NCBI RefSeq assembly: GCF_003334785.1
Contig: NZ_QOWV01000027.1
Origin: Escherichia coli
GTDB taxonomy: Bacteria > Pseudomonadota > Gammaproteobacteria > Enterobacterales > Enterobacteriaceae
Strand: one strand, 5' to 3'
Length of the DNA stretch: 30,887 nt
A program made the translations under genes and the position numbers. The notes under the pieces were generated by a model. It was not told where the DNA came from. It did not search any database and saw only the letters and a list, made by a program, of their open reading frames with translations. Below, in pieces: positions 1 through 8,458 of the stretch (its first letter is position 1; the number at the start of each line of letters is the position of its first letter).

Positions 1-56
1 TTTCTCTTCAACCGAACCGGCTGTTTGTGTGAAGTGATTCACATCCGCCGTGTCGA

Positions 57-115
57 TGGAGGCGCATTATAGGGAGTTCTCCGCAGGCCGCAATAGAAAA
101 ATTGCAGAAAAATGA
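57..115 (-). promoter_or_regulatory. rRNA-operon P1-type sigma70 promoter with A/T-rich UP element, transcribing leftward out of the window (probably rrnE P1)
   Basis: Minus strand reads TTGCGG(-35, 88..93)-16 nt-TATAAT(-10, 66..71)-GCGCCTCC discriminator, followed by ATCGACACGG; nearly identical to the rrnB P1 core (AACTCCCTATAATGCGCCACCACTGACACGG). A/T-rich tract 94..115 upstream of -35 fits an UP element. GC-rich discriminator is typical of stringently controlled rRNA promoters. Confidence 0.7.
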
Positions 116-264
116 CTGACTGCTGCATTCCCCAGCAAAAGCCCGCTTTATACCTTTTTACGCACAGAGTTATCCACAATCATCAATGTAATTTCTGTAT
201 TTTGCCCACGGTAACCACAGTCAAAATTGTGATCACCATTGAAAGAGAAAAATTCGCGAGCGTT

Positions 265-280
265 GCGCAAACGTTTTCGT
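265..280 (+). promoter_or_regulatory. PurR operator (pur box) upstream of purH, adjacent to a TACAAT -10-like hexamer (281..286)
   Basis: GCGCAAACGTTTTCGT matches the PurR box consensus ACGCAAACGTTTTCNT; purHD is a known PurR regulon member. Confidence 0.6.
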
Positions 281-305
281 TACAATGCGGGCGAAAAATA
301 AGGAT

Positions 306-355
306 GCCCCGTTAGGGGCGTTAGCTGAGTTTTTCGCGAAAAATTCAGCTAACGC
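306..355 (+). repeat. Near-perfect 38-bp palindrome (19-bp arms, 318..355) plus overlapping GC hairpin (306..319) in the purH leader
   Basis: Left arm gcgttagctgagtttttcg versus reverse complement of right arm gcgttagctgaatttttcg: 18/19 match, the single mismatch is a G-U pair in RNA. gccccGTTAggggc lies immediately upstream. Confidence 0.5.
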
Positions 356-387
356 TCTCTGTAATAGTCAAATCCAGGGGATTTACC

Positions 388-1977
388 ATGCAACAACGTC
401 GTCCAGTCCGCCGCGCTCTGCTCAGTGTTTCTGACAAAGCCGGTATCGTCGAATTCGCCCAGGCACTTTCCGCACGCGGTGTGGAGCTGCTGTCTACAGG
501 GGGCACTGCCCGTCTGTTAGCAGAAAAAGGTCTGCCGGTAACCGAAGTTTCCGATTACACCGGTTTCCCGGAGATGATGGATGGACGCGTGAAGACCCTG
601 CATCCGAAAGTACATGGTGGCATTCTGGGCCGTCGCGGCCAGGACGATGCCATTATGGAAGAACATCAGATCCAGCCTATCGATATGGTGGTTGTTAACC
701 TGTATCCGTTCGCCCAGACCGTGGCCCGTGAAGGTTGCTCGCTGGAAGATGCGGTTGAGAACATCGATATCGGCGGCCCAACGATGGTGCGCTCCGCCGC
801 CAAGAACCATAAAGATGTCGCAATCGTGGTGAAGAGCAGCGACTATGACGCCATTATTAAAGAGATGGATGACAACGAAGGATCGCTGACGCTTGCAACC
901 CGTTTCGACCTCGCCATCAAAGCCTTCGAACACACTGCCGCCTACGACAGCATGATTGCCAACTACTTCGGCAGCATGGTTCCGGCTTACCACGGTGAAA
1001 GCAAAGAAGCCGCCGGTCGCTTCCCACGCACGCTGAACCTGAACTTCATTAAGAAGCTGGATATGCGTTACGGCGAGAACAGCCACCAGCAGGCTGCCTT
1101 CTATATAGAAGAGAATGTGAAAGAAGCCTCCGTTGCTACCGCAACCCAGGTTCAGGGTAAAGCCCTCTCTTATAACAACATCGCCGATACCGATGCGGCG
1201 CTGGAGTGCGTGAAAGAGTTCGCCGAGCCGGCATGTGTGATTGTGAAGCACGCCAACCCTTGCGGCGTGGCTATCGGCAATTCCATTCTTGATGCTTACG
1301 ATCGCGCGTACAAAACCGACCCAACCTCCGCATTCGGCGGCATCATTGCCTTTAACCGCGAGCTGGATGCGGAAACCGCACAGGCCATCATTTCTCGTCA
1401 GTTTGTCGAAGTGATTATTGCGCCGTCCGCCAGCGAAGAAGCCCTGAAAATCACCGCCGCCAAACAGAACGTACGCGTTCTGACCTGCGGTCAGTGGGGC
1501 GAGCGTGTTCCGGGCCTCGATTTCAAACGCGTGAACGGCGGTCTGCTGGTTCAGGATCGTGACCTGGGGATGGTCGGTGCGGAAGAACTGCGCGTGGTGA
1601 CCAAACGTCAGCCGAGCGAACAGGAACTGCGTGATGCGCTGTTCTGCTGGAAGGTGGCGAAGTTTGTGAAATCCAACGCTATCGTCTATGCCAAAAACAA
1701 TATGACTATCGGCATTGGCGCGGGCCAGATGAGCCGCGTGTACTCCGCAAAAATCGCCGGTATTAAAGCGGCCGATGAAGGCCTGGAAGTGAAAGGTTCC
1801 TCGATGGCTTCTGACGCGTTCTTCCCGTTCCGCGACGGTATTGATGCCGCCGCCGCTGCGGGCGTGACCTGCGTAATCCAGCCTGGCGGTTCTATCCGTG
1901 ATGACGAAGTGATTGCCGCCGCCGACGAGCACGGTATTGCGATGCTCTTCACCGACATGCGCCACTTCCGCCATTAA
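388..1977 (+). CDS. purH: Bifunctional AICAR transformylase / IMP cyclohydrolase
   Basis: 529 aa ORF, N-terminus [27 protein letters not shown] (MGS-like domain); ATG at 388 with AGGGGA Shine-Dalgarno 7 nt upstream; length identical to E. coli PurH. Confidence 0.97.
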
Positions 1978-1988
1978 TGGAGCAATAG

Positions 1989-3278
1989 ATGAAAGTATTA
2001 GTGATTGGTAACGGCGGGCGCGAGCACGCGCTGGCCTGGAAAGCGGTCCAGTCGCCGCTGGTTGAGACTGTTTTTGTTGCTCCGGGTAATGCAGGCACTG
2101 CACTGGAACCCGCGCTGCAAAACGTTGCTATTGGCGTGACCGATATCCCGGCGCTGTTGGATTTCGCACAAAACGAAAAGATTGATCTGACCATCGTCGG
2201 CCCGGAAGCGCCGCTGGTGAAAGGCGTGGTCGATACCTTCCGCGCCGCCGGGCTGAAAATCTTCGGCCCAACCGCAGGTGCGGCCCAACTGGAAGGCTCA
2301 AAAGCGTTTACCAAAGATTTCCTGGCCCGCCATAAGATCCCTACGGCGGAATACCAGAACTTCACCGAGGTAGAACCTGCGCTGGCGTATCTGCGTGAGA
2401 AAGGCGCGCCAATCGTCATTAAAGCGGACGGTCTGGCTGCCGGGAAAGGCGTTATCGTGGCGATGACGCTGGAAGAAGCGGAAGCGGCTGTTCACGATAT
2501 GCTGGCGGGCAACGCTTTTGGCGACGCGGGTCATCGCATCGTTATCGAAGAGTTCCTCGATGGCGAAGAAGCGAGCTTTATCGTGATGGTGGACGGCGAG
2601 CATGTGCTGCCGATGGCTACCAGCCAGGATCACAAACGCGTAGGCGATAAAGATACCGGACCAAACACCGGCGGGATGGGCGCTTACTCCCCCGCGCCGG
2701 TAGTAACCGATGACGTTCATCAGCGCACCATGGAACGTATTATCTGGCCAACCGTGAAAGGCATGGCGGCGGAAGGCAACACCTACACCGGTTTTCTCTA
2801 CGCGGGCCTGATGATCGACAAACAGGGCAATCCGAAGGTTATTGAATTTAACTGCCGCTTTGGCGATCCGGAAACCCAGCCGATTATGCTGCGCATGAAG
2901 TCCGATCTGGTTGAGCTCTGCCTGGCGGCCTGTGAAAGCAAACTGGACGAGAAAACGTCCGAGTGGGATGAACGCGCTTCTCTCGGCGTGGTGATGGCTG
3001 CGGGTGGATATCCGGGTGATTACCGCACCGGTGACGTGATCCACGGCCTGCCGCTGGAAGAAGTGGCAGGCGGCAAAGTGTTCCACGCGGGCACAAAACT
3101 GGCGGATGACGAGCAGGTAGTGACCAACGGCGGGCGCGTACTGTGCGTCACCGCGCTGGGTCATACCGTGGCAGAAGCGCAGAAACGCGCCTATGCCTTA
3201 ATGACCGATATCCACTGGGACGACTGCTTCTGCCGGAAAGATATCGGCTGGCGCGCTATCGAACGCGAGCAGAACTAA
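1989..3278 (+). CDS. purD: Phosphoribosylamine-glycine ligase (GAR synthetase)
   Basis: 429 aa, MKVLVIGNGGREHALAWKA N-terminus, ATP-grasp fold; 11 nt downstream of purH stop (operon). Confidence 0.97.
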   Translation: MKVLVIGNGGREHALAWKAVQSPLVETVFVAPGNAGTALEPALQNVAIGVTDIPALLDFAQNEKIDLTIVGPEAPLVKGVVDTFRAAGLKIFGPTAGAAQLEGSKAFTKDFLARHKIPTAEYQNFTEVEPALAYLREKGAPIVIKADGLAAGKGVIVAMTLEEAEAAVHDMLAGNAFGDAGHRIVIEEFLDGEEASFIVMVDGEHVLPMATSQDHKRVGDKDTGPNTGGMGAYSPAPVVTDDVHQRTMERIIWPTVKGMAAEGNTYTGFLYAGLMIDKQGNPKVIEFNCRFGDPETQPIMLRMKSDLVELCLAACESKLDEKTSEWDERASLGVVMAAGGYPGDYRTGDVIHGLPLEEVAGGKVFHAGTKLADDEQVVTNGGRVLCVTALGHTVAEAQKRAYALMTDIHWDDCFCRKDIGWRAIEREQN

Positions 3279-4600
3279 CGCGACAGTTTTGCCAATAGCG
3301 TTTTGCGCGTGATCCCTAACTGACGGGCGGCTTCGGTTTTGTTGCCGCCCGTTTTCTCCAGCGCCGCCAGAATCACCTCTTTTTCCACTTCCACCAACGG
3401 CTGAATATCCTGACTTTGTCCCAGCGGGATCGGCGTACTGGCAATCGCCAGCGGCAGCTCGCGTTCGGAAATATATTCCCCGGTCAGCAGCACCACTGCC
3501 CGTTCCACCGCGTTTTCCAGCTCACGAATATTTCCCGGCCAGTCGTAATGAATCAACAGATCCATCGCCTGGGGCGTAAAACCTTTTACCGCCTTGCGAT
3601 TACGCTCGGCAAAGCGCTGCAGAAAATGGCCAGCCAGCAGAGGGATATCTTCCCGCCGTTGCCGCAGCGATGGTACTTCAATCGCCACCACATTCAGGCG
3701 ATAGTAGAGATCCTGGCGAAAACGCCCGGCATTCACCTCTGCGGCAAGATCGCGATGGGTCGCCGCAATCAGCCGGACATCAACCGAGATAATCTGGTTG
3801 CTACCGACACGCTGAACTTCGCGCTCCTGAATCGCACGCAGCAGACGCACCTGCATCATCGGCGAGATATCGCCAATTTCATCGAGAAACAGCGTGCCGC
3901 CGTCCGCCTCAACAAAGCGCCCTTCCCGGCGTTTATCGGCTCCAGTAAACGCCCCTTTTTCGTGACCGAACAATTCAGATTCCAGCAAGGATTCGTTGAG
4001 TGCCGCACAGTTGAGCGTTACCAGCGGTTTTTCGCTACGTGCGCTACTGGCGTGAATCGCCCTGGCGACCAGCTCTTTACCGGTGCCGGAATCGCCGTGG
4101 ATCAGTACCGTGGCTTCCGATGGCGCGACGAGGGCGATTTCACTGAGCAGGTGTTGCATCGCCGGGCTTTTACCGACCATACCGAACTGGCTGGCAGTCA
4201 CCGCAGGTGTTTCAGCATCAATACTGTGCGTATGCGCGAGCGCTTTTTCCAGCGTCGCCTGTAGGTTATCGAAATCCAGCGGCTTGATGAGATAATCCAG
4301 CGCCCCAGTTTTCAGTGCCTCTACCGCCGTCTCGACGCTGGAGTACGCAGTCATAATCAGCACCGGAATTGCCGGGTTTAACGCTTTGATCTCTTTCAGC
4401 GTGGCGATGCCGTCCATCTCCGCCATTCGCACATCGCAAAGCACAAGATCAAAAACCTGTTCCCGCACCTGCTCCAACGCCTGTCGCCCGCTGTTCGCCA
4501 GCGCGACGTTATAGCCCCAGCCGCGCAGTAAAGCCTGCAAAATAGTGCAGTGGCTAATGTCATCATCCACCACCAGAATATCGATATTATCGTGCGTCAT
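3275..4600 (-). CDS. zraR: Sigma54-dependent two-component response regulator (receiver + AAA+ sigma54 activator + HTH)
   Basis: 441 aa; receiver domain (DILVVDDD...D...K), Walker [15 protein letters not shown] sigma54-contact motif, C-terminal Fis-type HTH; stop overlaps the purD stop convergently (CTAA). Confidence 0.95.
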   Translation of the reverse strand: MTHDNIDILVVDDDISHCTILQALLRGWGYNVALANSGRQALEQVREQVFDLVLCDVRMAEMDGIATLKEIKALNPAIPVLIMTAYSSVETAVEALKTGALDYLIKPLDFDNLQATLEKALAHTHSIDAETPAVTASQFGMVGKSPAMQHLLSEIALVAPSEATVLIHGDSGTGKELVARAIHASSARSEKPLVTLNCAALNESLLESELFGHEKGAFTGADKRREGRFVEADGGTLFLDEIGDISPMMQVRLLRAIQEREVQRVGSNQIISVDVRLIAATHRDLAAEVNAGRFRQDLYYRLNVVAIEVPSLRQRREDIPLLAGHFLQRFAERNRKAVKGFTPQAMDLLIHYDWPGNIRELENAVERAVVLLTGEYISERELPLAIASTPIPLGQSQDIQPLVEVEKEVILAALEKTGGNKTEAARQLGITRKTLLAKLSR

Positions 4601-5994
4601 CCTTGTGGGTCCTTACGCGTAATATTGACCGGAAGCCAGAGGGTGAACGTTGAGCCTTTTCCCTCCTGGCTTGCGACCTGAATTGTACCACCGTGTTGTT
4701 CAACAATATTATGCACGACCGCCAGCCCCAATCCGGTGCCTTCGGCTTTAGTGGTGAAGTACGGAGTGAAGATGGCATCAAGCTGATCTGCCGCAATTCC
4801 CTTACCGCTGTCGGTAACGCTGATTTTCACGCCCGCGCCGCTTTCGCTGGCCGTCACGCTAATCACGCCATGCTGACCAATCGCCTGAATAGCATTGAGA
4901 TAGAGATTCAACAGGACCTGAGTCAGCCTGTCCGGGTCGGCCTGAATTTCCGGTAATGTGTCGTTGGCGGTAAAGCGTAACTGGATCTCCCGGCTGTTTG
5001 CATCCTGACTTACCAGCTGTAATGAGTGGTTAATCAGCGTGTTGAGATCCACCGCCTGCAAAGCCAGATGCGTTGGCTTAACCAGTTCCAGCAACTCGCT
5101 TACCACGCGGTTTAAACGGTCGGCCTCTTTCGCCATCACCTGCGCCAGTTGATGCGCTTCTCCCCCTGCAGGCGCGCGCTCGGCAAAGTATTTCGCCAGT
5201 CCTTTAATCGAGGAAAGTGGGTTACGGATTTCGTGGGCAACGCCTGCCGCAAGATGCCCCAGCGCCACCAGCTTCTCTTTGCGCTTCATTTCGTCTTGTA
5301 GAAGCTGGCGCGAGCGCAGATAGCGGCGATACCAGAAGAATGACAATACGCTTGCCAGCAAGACCGTCGCCAGGGCGAAGAGGATAATCAGGGTATTGCG
5401 CTTTTCCCCACTCTGGGTTGCAACCAGATCACTGGCATCAACGGCGATAAAAATAGCCTGTTGTGCATCTACTTGTGGCACAGCTTTGCCGTTACAGCGC
5501 GGCATATTGTGCATTCCATGCCGCCAGGGCGCTGACATTGGCTGGAACAAACGATAGACCTCAAGTGCAGGCGTAGTTTCCGTTTTCCCAAGCAGCCGCC
5601 AGCGGGAGTTTTCCTCTGGCTTTAATTTCTGCATTTCATCCGGCGAATAGAGCGCACGCCCGACCTTATCGGGGTCGCTATGAAGAATAATGATGCCCTG
5701 CGCATCGGTGACTGCGAACCACAACACTCCCGGCTGTCCCGCCATCTCTTCCAGAAGCGCCTGTTGCTGTACATGGTGCATTCGCATCCCCATCCCTACG
5801 CGGCTTCCCGACTCCAGAGCGCGGATAAGCACATTACCTTTTTCCAGTAATGCCTGGCGGTCTGCCTCGCTTGCCCGCCCATAATCACGAATCACAGTTA
5901 CCGCAAACAATCCCACCAGCCCAACAATGACCACGGGGAGGATCGCGCTTAACCATTTAGCTAAGGAGTCTTTAGAACGTTGCATAAAACGCAT
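4597..5994 (-). CDS. zraS: Sensor histidine kinase of the ZraSR (HydHG) system
   Basis: 465 aa; two TM segments flanking a periplasmic domain, H-box LAAGVAHEIRNPL, HATPase motifs; ATGA overlap with zraR start (translational coupling). Confidence 0.95.
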   Translation of the reverse strand: MRFMQRSKDSLAKWLSAILPVVIVGLVGLFAVTVIRDYGRASEADRQALLEKGNVLIRALESGSRVGMGMRMHHVQQQALLEEMAGQPGVLWFAVTDAQGIIILHSDPDKVGRALYSPDEMQKLKPEENSRWRLLGKTETTPALEVYRLFQPMSAPWRHGMHNMPRCNGKAVPQVDAQQAIFIAVDASDLVATQSGEKRNTLIILFALATVLLASVLSFFWYRRYLRSRQLLQDEMKRKEKLVALGHLAAGVAHEIRNPLSSIKGLAKYFAERAPAGGEAHQLAQVMAKEADRLNRVVSELLELVKPTHLALQAVDLNTLINHSLQLVSQDANSREIQLRFTANDTLPEIQADPDRLTQVLLNLYLNAIQAIGQHGVISVTASESGAGVKISVTDSGKGIAADQLDAIFTPYFTTKAEGTGLGLAVVHNIVEQHGGTIQVASQEGKGSTFTLWLPVNITRKDPQG

Positions 5995-6025
5995 CTTCTT
6001 CTTTGCCTGCTCATCCCTTTCTGAC

Positions 6026-6041
6026 AGCAGAAATCATGCCA
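6026..6041 (-). promoter_or_regulatory. Sigma54 (-24/-12) promoter for zraSR
   Basis: Minus strand reads TGGCATGATTTCTGCT: GG-N10-GC spacing exact, about 20 nt upstream of the zraS start. Confidence 0.55.
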
Positions 6042-6092
6042 TCTTTTATCAGCGCTTACCCTGCGCTGTAACACAAAGGCTTAAGTTTCAAT

Positions 6093-6138
6093 GAGTAAAA
6101 ATGACTCGCTACCCGCAGCAGGCGAGTCATTTTTACTC
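6093..6138. promoter_or_regulatory. ZraR enhancer: inverted repeat of two 17-bp half-sites between divergent sigma54 promoters
   Basis: GAGTAAAAATGACTCGC (6093..6109) and its exact reverse complement GCGAGTCATTTTTACTC (6122..6138) separated by 12 bp; position and symmetry match the described ZraR binding region of zraP/zraSR. Confidence 0.7.
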
Positions 6139-6180
6139 GTTTATCATGCCAGATTACCCGTCATATCAGCGTTTCATCGT

Positions 6181-6196
6181 TGGCACGGAAGATGCA
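6181..6196 (+). promoter_or_regulatory. Sigma54 (-24/-12) promoter for zraP
   Basis: TGGCACGGAAGATGCA: consensus TGGCACG-N4-TTGCA with GG-N10-GC spacing; about 36 nt upstream of the zraP ATG (6232) with GGAGG SD at 6220..6224. Confidence 0.75.
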
Positions 6197-6231
6197 ATAC
6201 CCGAAGTAAGACAACCACTGGAGGATTAACC

Positions 6232-6657
6232 ATGAAACGGAACACGAAAATTGCCCTGGTAATGATGGCGCTTTCAGCAATGGCGATGGGATCGACATCT
6301 GCATTTGCTCACGGCGGACACGGTATGTGGCAGCAAAATGCCGCGCCTTTGACCAGCGAACAACAGACAGCGTGGCAGAAAATCCATAATGACTTTTACG
6401 CTCAAAGCAGCGCACTGCAACAGCAACTGGTGACGAAGCGTTATGAATACAATGCCCTGTTAGCCGCGAACCCACCGGATAGCAGCAAAATTAACGCGGT
6501 CGCCAAAGAGATGGAGAATTTGCGTCAGTCGTTAGATGAGTTACGGGTGAAACGAGATATCGCGATGGCTGAAGCGGGTATTCCGCGCGGAGCCGGAATG
6601 GGCATGGGCTACGGCGGCTGCGGTGGTGGCGGTCATATGGGTATGGGCCACTGGTAA
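6232..6657 (+). CDS. zraP: Zinc-resistance-associated periplasmic protein (CpxP/Spy family chaperone)
   Basis: 141 aa starting MKRNTKIALVMMALSAMAMGSTSAFA (signal peptide); Gly/Met/His-rich C-terminal tail GAGMGMGYGGCGGGGHMGMGHW. The six-frame track ORF 6091..6657 is an in-frame upstream extension lacking RBS and overlapping the ZraR boxes. Confidence 0.93.
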   Translation: MKRNTKIALVMMALSAMAMGSTSAFAHGGHGMWQQNAAPLTSEQQTAWQKIHNDFYAQSSALQQQLVTKRYEYNALLAANPPDSSKINAVAKEMENLRQSLDELRVKRDIAMAEAGIPRGAGMGMGYGGCGGGGHMGMGHW

Positions 6658-6658
6658 A

Positions 6659-7360
6659 TCAGAACGTTTTCTCGTTGGGTTGCCAGCGACAGAAATCAGA
6701 GTTTGCCACTAACAGTAATTGCGAACCTTCGGGCGCTTCCAGCCATGCCACGCTGACATCAACAGAAGAGCGGCTCTGGCGGCGCTCGATATGCGCTATC
6801 GCCTGCGAATCTAAATCAGGTTTAATGGTTTGCCCTTCGCAGGTGGTCACGGTCTGTTCCATCGCATGCCAGCGCCCCTGGCGCAGCACGACTCTCCCCT
6901 GACGTAAGGCATCGCTAATCTGGCGGATCTGATCAGCACGATAACGGTATAAATCGATTTGGTCGTTAGAAAGCTGCTGCTTTTCCCCATCGGATTCACG
7001 TTGCATAAAGCTCAGATCACCGCGATCGTCAAAACGCGCGCGAATATTCACCGGCGGTTTGCTGTAAACATTGATATTGATGAGCGTGAGGTTATCGCCC
7101 TGCCAGCGATACTCTCGCGTCGTGGTATCGCCACTGCGCCACGGGCTAAACACGGCAAGCAGATGCACATTATCGCCGCTGTCTTTTCGCCAGATGCGTA
7201 CCGCGCCCTGGTCTTCAGCAAATCCACTGGCGGTAAAGGGAGGAAGTGAAGAGTTATGACTACAGGCAGTGAGAAGCAGAGCGCCAGCCAGCATCAATGA
7301 TCGACGCCAGAAAGACAAAAGGGGTGAAACCACCCCTTCGTTAAAACTGTTCACTGCCAC
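6659..7360 (-). CDS. yjaH: DUF1481-family putative lipoprotein
   Basis: ORF with RR n-region, hydrophobic core LMLAGALLL and lipobox LLTAC; track start at 7360 is GTG; alternative in-frame starts at 7354 (GTG) and 7294 (ATG). Start uncertain because the hupA terminator hairpin lies within the 5' end of this ORF. Confidence 0.8.
   Translation of the reverse strand: MAVNSFNEGVVSPLLSFWRRSLMLAGALLLTACSHNSSLPPFTASGFAEDQGAVRIWRKDSGDNVHLLAVFSPWRSGDTTTREYRWQGDNLTLININVYSKPPVNIRARFDDRGDLSFMQRESDGEKQQLSNDQIDLYRYRADQIRQISDALRQGRVVLRQGRWHAMEQTVTTCEGQTIKPDLDSQAIAHIERRQSRSSVDVSVAWLEAPEGSQLLLVANSDFCRWQPNEKTF
7311..7336 (-). terminator. Rho-independent terminator downstream of hupA
   Basis: Minus-strand RNA: GGGGUG-GUUU-CACCCC followed by UUUUGUCUUU, about 30 nt after the hupA stop. 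Confidence 0.7.
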
Positions 7361-7366
7361 GCAATC

Positions 7367-7639
7367 TTACTTAACTGCGTCTTTCAGTGCCTTGCCAGAA
7401 ACAAATGCCGGTACGTTAGCTGCGGCAATTTTGATTTCTTTACCGGTCTGCGGGTTGCGGCCAGTACGCTCAGCGCGGTGGTTCACTTTGAAGGTACCGA
7501 AACCAACCAGTTGTACAGCATCGCCTTCTTTCAGAGACTCAGTAATTGCAGCCAGAGTGGACTCCAGAGCAGCTTTAGCCTGGGTTTTGGACAGTTCTGC
7601 TTTCTCTGCAATTACATCAATCAGTTGAGTCTTGTTCAT
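7367..7639 (-). CDS. hupA: DNA-binding protein HU-alpha
   Basis: 90 aa [71 protein letters not shown]; AAGGA SD upstream. Confidence 0.98.
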
Positions 7640-7740
7640 AAGTTATCCTTACAATGTGTTTATCGCTTGCTAAGCATCGAGTGCGACGGAAATGCCAGAA
7701 TAGCACTCTCCTGCATACACGCACCGATAGCCACTTTTTT

Positions 7741-7773
7741 TCGCCCCCCAAATGTAGACCAGACGGGGGGCGA
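7741..7773. other. GC-rich stem-loop (9-bp stem TCGCCCCCC / GGGGGGCGA, 15-nt loop) in the yjaG-hupA spacer
   Basis: Seen directly; flanked by T7 on the plus strand upstream, so on the minus (transcribed) strand the hairpin is followed by A7 rather than U-run: not a canonical intrinsic terminator. Confidence 0.4.
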
Positions 7774-7825
7774 AAGGGAAGACTCCAGGTACGACAAATC
7801 AGGCGTTAAATCACGTTTTCTGGTC

Positions 7826-8416
7826 TTATTGCTGAAAAATTATACCAACATTGCTCTCACCCGCCTCACGCAGGTCTGCCCTAAGGCCTTTTATCAGCTC
7901 GATATCGCGTTCTTCGCACTCAGCTAAAAGTCGGAATATTTCCCACTGAATGTCCCATTCTTGCTCTACAGCTGGGTTTTCTTTAAGCTCTTCATCGCTC
8001 ATTTCGCGACCAGCCTGAGTCATTTCCAGCATCGCAACGGTCGTGATGGAGGTCTTACTCACTTCCACCGCGTGTTCGAGCGTTTCACCACTCAAACGCG
8101 AATGGACCAGTTCACTTAACGCCACGCAGGCATCGATTGCCGGATAAACGCCGTACAGATCGAAATCGTCGGCTGAAGGAATCGCTTCTTCAAATTTCTC
8201 CAGTTGGCTGTCGAAATTTACTTTTGCGTCTTTAACGGTCAGCGTTTCCCAGATGAGATCGAGAATGCGACGGTAAATTTGCCCATCACCAAAACCGGTT
8301 TGCTGGCAGAACATGGCGTAATTGGGGTACATGCGTTCGCATAAGCAAGCCATGAAAGTGACATGCTGCCAGCTTTCCAGGCGCTCCAGACGCAGATGAA
8401 TTGGGTTTTGTAACAT
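7826..8416 (-). CDS. yjaG: DUF416-family protein
   Basis: 196 aa MLQNPIHLRLERLESWQHVTFMACLCERMYPNYAMFCQQ; length and sequence consistent with E. coli YjaG. Confidence 0.9.
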   Translation of the reverse strand: MLQNPIHLRLERLESWQHVTFMACLCERMYPNYAMFCQQTGFGDGQIYRRILDLIWETLTVKDAKVNFDSQLEKFEEAIPSADDFDLYGVYPAIDACVALSELVHSRLSGETLEHAVEVSKTSITTVAMLEMTQAGREMSDEELKENPAVEQEWDIQWEIFRLLAECEERDIELIKGLRADLREAGESNVGIIFQQ

Positions 8417-8458
8417 GTTGAGTTCTCAAATACGGAAATTATCCGCAGTTTACCTGAA

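Noticed and set aside
112-315. 67-aa ORF in the rrn P1 / purH promoter region
   Set aside because: Lies across the UP-element/Fis region and PurR box, A/T-rich, no RBS, Cys-rich nonsense-like translation; regulatory DNA rather than coding.
517-4264. Antisense ORFs within purH (517..2103 minus, 528 aa), purD (2298..3164 minus, 288 aa) and zraR (3416..4264 plus, 282 aa)
   Set aside because: Each mirrors a confidently identified gene on the other strand; translations are His/Arg/Gly-rich with no domain signatures.
6091-6231. Upstream extension making zraP a 188-aa protein (track ORF 6091..6657)
   Set aside because: The extension begins inside the ZraR operator palindrome, runs through the sigma54 promoter, and lacks an SD; the ATG at 6232 has a GGAGG SD and yields the expected signal peptide and 141-aa length.
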